64,000 bases of DNA from Nemertoderma westbladi (lineage: Eukaryota; Animalia; Xenacoelomorpha): contig JAUCBJ010008852.1 of NCBI GenBank assembly GCA_032718475.1, positions 1 through 64,000 of the forward strand, given 5' to 3'. Both the position numbers and the translations under genes were made by a program. This document shows positions 1 through 9,245 of this stretch, piece by piece (positions within the stretch are counted from its first letter, which is position 1; each line of letters begins with the position of its first letter). A model generated the notes under the pieces. That model did no database searches, was not told the DNA's origin, and saw only the letters and a list, made by a program, of their open reading frames with translations.

Positions 1-1290
1 ATGTAGAAGTTCGGTGTAGTTGGGGTAGGAACGTGTACAGTAAAACTCACCAGTATTAGTTGGAGTTGTAGAAGTGCGGAGTAGTTGGGGTAGGAACGTG
101 TACAGTAAAACTCACCAGTATTAGTTGGAGTTGTAGAAGTTCGGTGTAGTTGGGGTAGGAACGTGTACAGTAAAACTCACCAGTATTAGTTGGAGTTGTA
201 GAAGTTCGGTGTAGTTGGGGTAGGAACGTGTACAGTAAAACTCACCAGTATTAGTTGGAGATGTAGAAGTTCGGAGTAGTTGGGGTAGGAACGTGTACAG
301 TAAAACTCACCAGTATTAGTTGGAGTTGTAGAAGTTCGGAGTAGTTGGGGTAGGAACGTGTACAGTAAAACTCACCAGTATTAGTTGGAGTTGTAGAAGT
401 TCGGTGTAGTTGGGGTAGGAACGTGTACAGTAAAACTCACCAGTATTAGTTGGAGTTGTAGAAGTACGGAGTAGTTGGGGTAGGAACGTGTACAGTAAAA
501 CTCACCAGTATTAGTTGGAGTTGTAGAAGTTCGGTGTAGTTGGGGTAGGAACGTGTACAGTAAAACTCACCAGTATTAGTTGGAGTTGTAGAAGTTCGGT
601 GTAGTTGGGGTAGGAACGTGTACAGTAAAACTCACCAGTATTAGTTGGAGTTGTAGAAGTTCGGAGTAGGAACGTGTACAGTAAAACTCACCAGTATTAG
701 TTGGAGTTGTAGAAGTTCGGTGTAGTTGGGGTAGGAACGTGTACAGTAAAACTCACCAGTATTAGTTGGAGTTGTAGAAGTTCGGTGTAGTTGGGGTAGG
801 AACGTGTACAGTAAAACTCACCAGTATTAGTTGGAGTTGTAGAAGTTGGGGTAGGAACGTGTGCAGTAAAACTCACCAGTATTAGTTGGAGTTGTAGAAG
901 TACGGAGTAGTTGGGGTAGGAACGTGTACAGTAAAACTCACCAGTATTAGTTGGAGTTGTAGAAGTTCGGAGTAGTTGGGGTAGGAACGTGTACAGTAAA
1001 ACTCACCAGTATTAGTTGGAGTTGTAGAAGTTCGGTGTAGTTGGGGTAGGAACGTGTACAGTAAAACTCACCAGTATTAGTTGGAGTTGTAGAAGTTCGG
1101 TGTAGTTGGGGTAGGAACGTGTACAGTAAAACTCACCAGTATTAGTTGGAGTTGTAGAAGTTCGGTGTAGTTGGGGTAGGAACGTGTACAGTAAAACTCA
1201 CCAGTATTAGTTGGAGTTGTAGAAGTTCGGTGTAGTTGGGGTAGGAACGTGTACAGTAAAACTCACCAGTATTAGTTGGAGATGTAGAAG
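1..1290. repeat. Satellite A, 65-bp tandem repeat (~20 units, runs off the left edge)
   Basis: Unit AGTTGTAGAAGTTCGGTGTAGTTGGGGTAGGAACGTGTACAGTAAAACTCACCAGTATTAGTTGG repeats every 65 bp, with occasional ~10-bp internal deletions (near 665 and 845). It ends abruptly at the LTR TG at 1291. Confidence 0.97.
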
Positions 1291-2290
1291 TGTAATGGTA
1301 GAGCGTCTATGAATCTCAGATCCAATTTACATTTATACATTACACACCAATTATGTTCAGTAACAATGCCAATATATTACGGTACACTCTATTCGACATA
1401 CCTATTCAGCAGAAGCCGTCCTCTGATTGGCCCTGCATCAGATTATTAATGCCGTTATTATTACAGCCAATTATGTTGCTCAGTTCCTAATGGTAATAAG
1501 TAATTATAGAGGTCAACTCTTATACTATATAATAGCAGTAACAACAATTTATTTGCACTCTCTCCTTGTTATTCAGTTGACTCTGTTGGTAGCTTTAATT
1601 AGTTTTGGAGGGATGGTAATTTACTCCTATTTGTTACCAGGTTCAGGTTCAGGTTCAGCTTCAGACACTTAAATTACAAATTATCATTAACACTTGTGCT
1701 ATTAAACTCTTACAATTACAACGTATTTTACAGTCAGACATAATATTTACATCCCTCCATTGTTTATTATTTCAAGTATTACGTAGTCCAATATGGCCGT
1801 ATTATCTAGTTAAGTTAAGTTTTATGCTGTAATATTTATTTGTGTGCGGATCTTCTCATAGACGCAAGGCCTACAGTGCAGTGCAATTCAGGAGGAACGG
1901 GTGGTAGCGTCCGGACGAATTATTTGTTGGTAAGTGTATATCAATATTACAAATTACGTAACCCTTTGTTTCAATCAATACTAAATATACAACATATTAT
2001 ATTCTTTGATATTGATGTTATTGTCCACCTGCGTAAGCAAAAGGGGGAAGTAATTGCCATCCTGTCCGTAGCTATTGATGTACCCTGTACCCTTCTGCCC
2101 ATTCTCCTCGGGAAAACAAGTGCCACTGGGAAGGGCCTTTGTTGGATTAGAAGTGTGTGGTAGCCGACGGACGTAAAGTAACGGGTTACTACGCTAGCGG
2201 TTGCTAGAGTGGCTGTGGCATTTCGGTGGCCGGCGTTATCTTTCACATTAAGGCAGTGGGGATAGACGCATGCAGCGGGGGTCCCATACA
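1291..2290 (+). repeat. 5' LTR of BEL element (1000 bp)
   Basis: TGTAATGGTAGAGC...GGGTCCCATACA. It matches 13459-14457 with about 10 differences counted by eye, including a 1-bp indel. TATATAA at 1526-1532 and a (GGTTCA)n tract at ~1640-1663. Confidence 0.96.
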
Positions 2291-2303
2291 GTAACAAATA
2301 GGA
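2291..2303 (+). promoter_or_regulatory. Primer-binding-site position occupied by a sequence complementary to the LTR (candidate self-priming PBS)
   Basis: GTAACAAATAGGA directly follows the LTR CA and is the exact reverse complement of TCCTATTTGTTAC at 1625-1637. There is no TGG-initiated tRNA PBS. Confidence 0.65.
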
Positions 2304-2528
2304 ATATTTTGACTGAATCAGAAGGGTACCGGTACAATACTGTAGACCCTAATTATTATTTTACAGCTATCGATTATTACATTGCAGGTATTTTGGCTGG
2401 AAATAACTAAAGTTTAATTATACATCAATTTTTTTTCAGTTTTGTTTTTTTTCAAAATTATTCCGAATTTTTTTTTCGTCAAAATTTTGTTATCCCAGTA
2501 ACATAATATTTAATACGGAAGCACCACG

Positions 2529-2558
2529 GCTGCAGATTGAGTCGACGCGATCTGCAGC
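2529..2558 (+). other. Leader hairpin with palindromic loop (DIS-like)
   Basis: GCTGCAGATTG-AGTCGACG-CGATCTGCAGC forms an 11-bp stem (one G-U) with the GTCGAC palindrome in an 8-nt loop. Confidence 0.5.
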
Positions 2559-2974
2559 AGTTGGACCAACAGTATTAAACAAATAAAAAAAAAACTTTAT
2601 AAATTTTGCATATTCACAAAAACCCCCTAATCTGCAGTTAGCCGGTTTTTGCGTGAGGGTTTATAAGTTACCGGCAGAGTCAAATGTGTGAGAGAGTCCT
2701 TTGTCCCATAGCGTCCTACCGTGGGGTAAGTATACAGTAAGTTCAATTTAGAGCATTCATCTCATCATTCACTATTTTTTTGTATTTGTTTCTTTGCATT
2801 TATTTTCTCATTTCGCCCTATTGTCTCGTAACATACAGTATGATACACTATTCTGTACTATTTGTGTATGATTTACTTCCCGTAAGCTCGGTACTGTAAG
2901 CTCGTATTGAATATACTGTATAGCTGTATATAGTAAGTACGCCTATATGCAGTATAACTTTATATACTACATTT

Positions 2975-3195
2975 TCTATGTACTGAACTTCCGCTAAGGT
3001 AAACGCGGTATAGTATTACAAGTACAGTATAACTTTATGTACTAAACTTCCGCTAAGGTAAACGCGGTATAGTATTACAAGTACAGTATAACTTTATGTA
3101 CTGAACTTCCGCTAAGATAGACGCGGTATAGTAGTACAAGTACAGTATAACTTTATGTACTAAATTTTCCGCTAAGTTAGACGCGGTACAGTATA
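2975..3195 (+). repeat. 59-bp tandem repeat (~3.7 copies) in BEL 5' leader
   Basis: Unit TATGTACTGAACTTCCGCTAAGGTAAACGCGGTATAGTATTACAAGTACAGTATAACTT with a few substitutions. Confidence 0.9.
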
Positions 3196-3515
3196 CACTT
3201 TATATGCTATTTTTATAAGCTAAGGTTGACGTAAAGTAGTTTATACTGCAGCAGCGCCAGCGAAGTAAAGGTATACATTCCGGTATAAATCCAGCAATAC
3301 TAGGCGTACTTTATTTTATTATACAGTATACTGTTAGTGTAACTGTTAATTATTCTTTCACTCAACTCAACTAATTGTATATTTTTCTTATATATATATA
3401 TATATACTTTCTGTATTTTTAAATTTGAATAATTATTGTAACTTTATTGTCACACTTTATTATTTACATTTCTTTCATTGGCTTGTTTACATTTCTCCAT
3501 CGATAAGGTTTGATT

Positions 3516-6500
3516 ATGTCTCATCATAACCTATCTAGTAGTAGTAAATCAGGCATCTCTGAGATACAGAGAACCGTTATGCCAGTAGATCCTGGTAGTG
3601 GTAATAGTGACCAAGGATCTTTGGGAAACGGAACTGACAATGACAGACCGACATCAATGGACGAATACCAATCTGCAACGTCTGCTCTCAACTCACGTCA
3701 ATCAGTTCAGCCCACACTTCCATCTCCTATTCTAGGAAGCGCGACAAATGTGCCAAGGCCATTGCGGTCTACAGGGACTGCGCCCATAAATGTGGCACGA
3801 CCTTCACGATCCACAGTTTCTGTTGAGCCCCGTAGAGATGAAGAGAGGACTAGTGAACCGAATGCACAATATACACTTAGGGACAAAACTCGACACAAAA
3901 GTACTTTTTCAGTGACATACGAAAAATTTTTGGTTGAGAAAAAATCGTTGTCTGGTTATAAAAGCCAACTCACCCGCTGTTATAATTTATATCAGCATTA
4001 TGACTCATTGGATCTAAAGTTAGTGTCTTTAAAACAGATCCAGGAGCTCGAAACAGCATTAGAAACAGCCTACCATAAATGCCTTTGTGTTTTTGAGCGA
4101 ATTATTTCAGCAACTACATCAATGGGTGATGAGGAGAACTCACGAAAATATGGTGGAGAAGCTGAGGTGCTTCGTGAAAAATACCAGAGACATCGTGAGG
4201 CCTTGTTTCAAATGTTTAAGGAGAGAAACAAATTGTACACTGTTGGATTCCGAAGTAGCATACTGGAATCTATTGCAACAGACCCACCTGTTGTGGAAAA
4301 TACAAATATTTTGACACCCATAGTAAATAACATGCCGACTTTGGCGCAAGAAGATTACACCATTGTCAGTCAAGCTAATCCTTCTCCTATTCCCTTAGGT
4401 ACAGCAGGAACTAGTGATGGATATGGACATGGACATGGACATGTACAAGCAACCAATCTGCGAACGGATTCAGAATGTAGTATTGCATCGATAGATAACG
4501 TTGCAACACACCAGAAGCCGTCAGAGCAAGGTGAGTCCGTTGCACACTATCACCCATCCCAGTCATGGCGCGGTGTCCCTTTGGATATCGAAAACCCACA
4601 GTGTCTTATAAATCCAGACGATTCTGTGAGTCAAATTAAAGGTAAACGGAGGTCAAAGGGAAGTGCACACACTAGGTCGAGTCGTAGTAGTAGAGTTTCT
4701 GACACTAGTATTTCCGCTATTATGGCTATTGAAAGAGATGCAGCGGCATTGCAGTTAAAGTCAGCGCAAGTGCAGAAACGTAATTCCGCTCAATTAATGA
4801 TGCAAAAGGCACATGCTGATATGCAAAAGGCGCAAGCTGATATGCAAAAGGCGCAAGCTGATATGAAAGCTGAAATGGATAACCAGTTAGCCGCCGATGA
4901 AGCCGAGATGGCTGCATTCAAAGTAACTCTTTTAAAACAAGATCGTATCAGGAAATTGCAACCTGATAAAAATATTCTTAGTTCACAAGACACTGGGGGT
5001 AATGGTGAGTCACCCATGACTGCTGGAGTTACTATTTTACCTAATAGACTACCGGTCAGTACTGTAGCTATTAGTGCCTCTTCAGGTATGTGTGAGGGAC
5101 CTATTATTGATATAGCGAGTACACCAAACGTACAAGTAAGGGGTGTGGATGAATGCCATATGGAAATTGGTGAGTTAAGTTCTGATAACTTGAATGTGTT
5201 GATTCCAAATAAAACTAAACCAGAAGGCACTATGCGTGTCTGTTCTGATACCAATGAGCTCAGTAGAAGCCCTATCACCTCTATCAAATTGCACCAAGTG
5301 CATACTGATCATTGTAGTGGTAGTAATGATTTACCTGTAGGTAAGCACCAGTCGGGTATGGGGGGCGATAATCCAATTTTCGATACCATTGGGGTGTGCA
5401 ATGGAACTCACCTTGATTCAGACGGTAAGACTTCAATTAACCCAGCACCGGTAGCGGCTACACCAAAAAGGGGACCTTTGAACCCAAATTGTTCTCGGGC
5501 CAACGCCCAAAATAAACCCAGTGCTACACATACACAATTTGTAACAAAACAAGAACTGCAAGAATCAATTGCACAACAAATGCAACAATTTATTGGTAGC
5601 AGTTCATTTCCGACTACTACTTCTAGGCAGTCTACACCCATTAGCACAATTTGGTCAACGCCTAGCACCAAGGCAGTGTCATCCAGGGCAGCACTGAAGC
5701 AGCGATATCCATTTTTAACACCGATTCCAGAAGCCAGTGTCGAGGGGCACATAAGCAATGAAGGGTGTGTATTTTGTGATGCAATTGGTCCGGCATCTAC
5801 TATCTATTATAGCACCAAAGGTGACCCATATCACAAGTACAATGCTGGTAATATAGCAACACCTTTCCCACACCCAACACCAATAATGCCAGATACATAT
5901 TCAACAGCAATGCACAATAATATCACAATTAGCGACCCCTCTGTCGAGCATCCGCATCTAGTAACTGAGCCACACTTACCAGCAGCTCCTATAGTCTCAA
6001 TGGCAACTCCCGAGGTGCAATCAATCACAAACACAAAGGAATCATTCCCTCATAATGCTGAGCACATAACTTACCCGATCCCAGTATTATCCACATCTGC
6101 ACAGTCTGAACGAAAACGAAGGCAATGGCTAGCAGGTATGGCTGATTCCAGGAATGCTGATCCTCGAAATGTAACAGACATGGGAGACTCAACTGAAAAC
6201 AAACATGCACCCAGCATTCAACTGCAGAAGTCGCTAAGGGATACAGCATTGAGCAGGGCAGACGAAGCCTTTACCAAAGTATTGGGCATACGAGCACCGC
6301 GGCAACCAGAGCATACACCAGTTGCAGGAGAAGTCTCACAAATTGGTCAACTTGGGGCGAGCCATATAGCAGGGCAGCCGGAGACGCAGCTACTCAAGGA
6401 GATATCAATGCGGCTACGACTTCCACCTCAATTCCCAACCCCATTTGATGGTGATCCTGTTAAATTTATGGGATTCATACAGAACTTTTATGATCGGGTC

Positions 6501-9245
6501 CATATCAGTGATATAACAGACTCTGAGAAACTGACTATGTTATTAATGTGCACTGAAGGGCAACCAAAGGAACTCATACAGAGTTATGTGGGTATACAAG
6601 ATGGATACGGGGAAGCCTTGCAAATTCTACAAGAACGTTACGGCTTACCAAATGTAATAATAGAAAGAGCGATTACTCGTCTGATAGATCATGATATGAT
6701 TGCGGAAAATGATAGAGAAGCACTGCGGAATTATGCAGATAAAATAAAACATTCGATGATAGTTCTAGAACAACTCAATAAACCCCAGGAATTGTACACA
6801 CAAAGTAATATGAAGAAAATAATGGCAAATTGCCCCATTCATGTGCAACGCAGATGGAATCGTAAGGTTTATGATGTGCGAGAATGCCTTAATAGAGAAC
6901 CAAACTTAGACGAAATGGCGATGTTTATACGTCGGAGTGCCGAAATACAAAACGAAAATGTTTTTAAGATTGATGAGTCACGGAAGCACTATGTCAAGAG
7001 TTCTACTTCAACTTTAAAGATGAGACACGATGAGATTATGCCAATAAGGAAGGAGACTACACTAATAGCACCTATGATGCCCAAGGATGACCAAAGATTT
7101 AAGGAAACCCAGCCAGCGAATAAACCTATAGAGGCTAACAAGGCTCGGCAATATAATAAACAACGGCAATCAACACCGCAACAACTACAACGTAATGTTT
7201 TACCGCCAGAGTACCCACTTGTATTGCAGCAACCTTTCCAGCAGCAACCATTGCATTTCTCAAATCCACAGCAATATCCACAAGCATCACCACAATTTCA
7301 ACAGTATACAACATATCCAGACCAGCAGCAATTTATGCGACCTGATCACCAGGCGCAGCAAAGATGGCAGCAATATCCTAGACAATCTAACCCGCGGCAA
7401 CTAAACACTTATGTAGTGCCAACACATCAAAATACGTCATATGGGAGACAACAAAATGGTACAGATCCTGTAGCTTTTAAAGAAGTTCGTCAAGCCTTTT
7501 GTAAATATTGCAAGGTTACCGGACATCGTGTATATGGTTGCTCGAAATTCGCAGAGTTAAGCTTCGATGAAAGAATGACTTACATTAAAGGAAATGGAAA
7601 CTTGTGTTATAATTGTTTTGGTGGACACTCACTGGAAAATTGCAAATCACAAGGAAAATGTGCAACATGCGACTCAAAGACGCACCACTCACTTTTACAC
7701 CCGCCACAAACAAAGGAAGGAAACAAACTAAGCTCCAAACAGGAGCTCGGACTAGTGATGCATGCAGAAGAAAGATACACTAGCATGTTACCTGTAGTTC
7801 CAGTCGAAATAAAGGTTCCCGGATCATCAAGAGGAATCACAACGTATGCATTACTAGACTCTGGAGCAACAACATGTTTCGTTGACAAACAAATTGTCAC
7901 CAAGCTCAATCTTGAAGTTGCGACAAGAAATGTATTAGTAGGAACGCTATTTGGACCAGATGAGGAAATTTCAATATCAAGAACGACATGCACAGTTTCA
8001 GCTATTTTACCAGGTTATCATAGCGAAATTTTAGTAAAAGACCTTAATGTACATGAAGAGATGCATTTTGACTCGCAATTGCCGGATAAATCTGTTTCAA
8101 AACGTTGGCCTCATTTATATCATCTTCATGATCAGCTCGATTATCCTTCACTTGACATTAATAAAGTGTTCATAATCATAGGAGTAAATATACCATTAGC
8201 CCACTATCGAAAGAATCAGTGCTTTGGAGGTGGTAATAAACGGGAACCATTTGCTATTGAATCTTTATTCGGATGGTGTGTTGCAGGTCCGAAAAGAAAT
8301 AATATAATTAGCGAGGAGAGACACAAGGTAGCTTTTATTAACTCGAGTATAATGAAAGAAGGTCCAGTGTATGATACAATGAATTACCCCTTACCAAATC
8401 CAGACAATGATTTACAGAAACAGCTACAACACTTCTGGACATTGGAAGGACAAGGTTTCAATACACCAGCAGATAAAGTAGAAAAGGCCCCAGAGGATAT
8501 TAGAATTGATAATTTAATGACAGAAATCAAACTGTCACCAGACAACCATTACGAAATGCCGTTGCTATGGAAACATGATCACCCTGTACTAATTAACAAT
8601 TATCCATTGGCATTATCCCGGTTAAATAGTTTAAAAAGAAGATTCGCGACGCAACCTGGCAAGGAAGATGAATGTAGAGAAATTATTAATGAATACATAG
8701 AAAAGGGATATGCAAGGAAAATGTTGCCTCATGAACTCGTAAACAAGCCAGCCACGTATTATTTGCCATGGCACTTTGTTACAAATCCAAACAAGGAAAA
8801 GATTCGTATAGTGTGTGATGCAGCAGCCGTGTACAGAGGCATGTCACTTAATTCACAACTATTAGAAGGTCCACCTCAAACTAGCCTTCTATTAGGCGTG
8901 TTACTCAGATTTAGACAGGAACAAATAGCCTTTGGGTGCGACATTAAGTCTATGTTCTATCAGGTTAGGGTATCAACGAATGATGCAGATAGTCTGCGCT
9001 TTCTATGGTTTGATAAAGGACAGGGCCATCTCCCACCAACCATATATCAGATGCTAGTCCAAGTATTCGGTTTACGTTCATCGCCACATAACGCAAGCAA
9101 GGGATTGCGAAAGACAGCTAAGGACAATGAAGAAACATTCGGCAAAGAAGTTGTTGAAACCGTAAATAAACATTTCTATGTCGATGATGGTATGAAGTCA
9201 TGTCGAACTATAGCAGCCGCCATCAATCTTGCTATAATAAGTTGA
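3516..9245 (+). CDS. BEL polyprotein, N-terminal part: long Gag, aspartic protease and RT up to YVDD
   Basis: Gag core (FDGDPVKFMGFIQNF...LQERYG), knuckles CKYCKVTGHRVYGC / CYNCFGGHSLENC / CATCDSKTHHSLLH, protease ALLDSGA, RT motifs YYLPWH, KIRIVCDAAA, DIKSMFYQV, FGLRSSP, FYVDD. First ATG at 3516. Confidence 0.93.
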   Translation: MSHHNLSSSSKSGISEIQRTVMPVDPGSGNSDQGSLGNGTDNDRPTSMDEYQSATSALNSRQSVQPTLPSPILGSATNVPRPLRSTGTAPINVARPSRSTVSVEPRRDEERTSEPNAQYTLRDKTRHKSTFSVTYEKFLVEKKSLSGYKSQLTRCYNLYQHYDSLDLKLVSLKQIQELETALETAYHKCLCVFERIISATTSMGDEENSRKYGGEAEVLREKYQRHREALFQMFKERNKLYTVGFRSSILESIATDPPVVENTNILTPIVNNMPTLAQEDYTIVSQANPSPIPLGTAGTSDGYGHGHGHVQATNLRTDSECSIASIDNVATHQKPSEQGESVAHYHPSQSWRGVPLDIENPQCLINPDDSVSQIKGKRRSKGSAHTRSSRSSRVSDTSISAIMAIERDAAALQLKSAQVQKRNSAQLMMQKAHADMQKAQADMQKAQADMKAEMDNQLAADEAEMAAFKVTLLKQDRIRKLQPDKNILSSQDTGGNGESPMTAGVTILPNRLPVSTVAISASSGMCEGPIIDIASTPNVQVRGVDECHMEIGELSSDNLNVLIPNKTKPEGTMRVCSDTNELSRSPITSIKLHQVHTDHCSGSNDLPVGKHQSGMGGDNPIFDTIGVCNGTHLDSDGKTSINPAPVAATPKRGPLNPNCSRANAQNKPSATHTQFVTKQELQESIAQQMQQFIGSSSFPTTTSRQSTPISTIWSTPSTKAVSSRAALKQRYPFLTPIPEASVEGHISNEGCVFCDAIGPASTIYYSTKGDPYHKYNAGNIATPFPHPTPIMPDTYSTAMHNNITISDPSVEHPHLVTEPHLPAAPIVSMATPEVQSITNTKESFPHNAEHITYPIPVLSTSAQSERKRRQWLAGMADSRNADPRNVTDMGDSTENKHAPSIQLQKSLRDTALSRADEAFTKVLGIRAPRQPEHTPVAGEVSQIGQLGASHIAGQPETQLLKEISMRLRLPPQFPTPFDGDPVKFMGFIQNFYDRVHISDITDSEKLTMLLMCTEGQPKELIQSYVGIQDGYGEALQILQERYGLPNVIIERAITRLIDHDMIAENDREALRNYADKIKHSMIVLEQLNKPQELYTQSNMKKIMANCPIHVQRRWNRKVYDVRECLNREPNLDEMAMFIRRSAEIQNENVFKIDESRKHYVKSSTSTLKMRHDEIMPIRKETTLIAPMMPKDDQRFKETQPANKPIEANKARQYNKQRQSTPQQLQRNVLPPEYPLVLQQPFQQQPLHFSNPQQYPQASPQFQQYTTYPDQQQFMRPDHQAQQRWQQYPRQSNPRQLNTYVVPTHQNTSYGRQQNGTDPVAFKEVRQAFCKYCKVTGHRVYGCSKFAELSFDERMTYIKGNGNLCYNCFGGHSLENCKSQGKCATCDSKTHHSLLHPPQTKEGNKLSSKQELGLVMHAEERYTSMLPVVPVEIKVPGSSRGITTYALLDSGATTCFVDKQIVTKLNLEVATRNVLVGTLFGPDEEISISRTTCTVSAILPGYHSEILVKDLNVHEEMHFDSQLPDKSVSKRWPHLYHLHDQLDYPSLDINKVFIIIGVNIPLAHYRKNQCFGGGNKREPFAIESLFGWCVAGPKRNNIISEERHKVAFINSSIMKEGPVYDTMNYPLPNPDNDLQKQLQHFWTLEGQGFNTPADKVEKAPEDIRIDNLMTEIKLSPDNHYEMPLLWKHDHPVLINNYPLALSRLNSLKRRFATQPGKEDECREIINEYIEKGYARKMLPHELVNKPATYYLPWHFVTNPNKEKIRIVCDAAAVYRGMSLNSQLLEGPPQTSLLLGVLLRFRQEQIAFGCDIKSMFYQVRVSTNDADSLRFLWFDKGQGHLPPTIYQMLVQVFGLRSSPHNASKGLRKTAKDNEETFGKEVVETVNKHFYVDDGMKSCRTIAAAINLAIIS

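Noticed and set aside
1-1290. Minus strand of satellite A reads TSTTPTNT-G|GTGAGT, like an amplified mucin-type exon end
   Set aside because: No acceptor within the unit, a stop in one frame, and 65 is not a multiple of 3. At most this hints at origin and does not support a gene.
1427-2297. Small ORFs in the LTRs (also 13595-14464) and an env-like gene in 12515-13458
   Set aside because: Short, without motifs, one is broken by the LTR indel, and the 3' UTR has no long ORF.
2517-2524. GGAAGCAC also found just before the 3' LTR (13451-13458)
   Set aside because: An 8-nt match is expected by chance in a 13-kb element.
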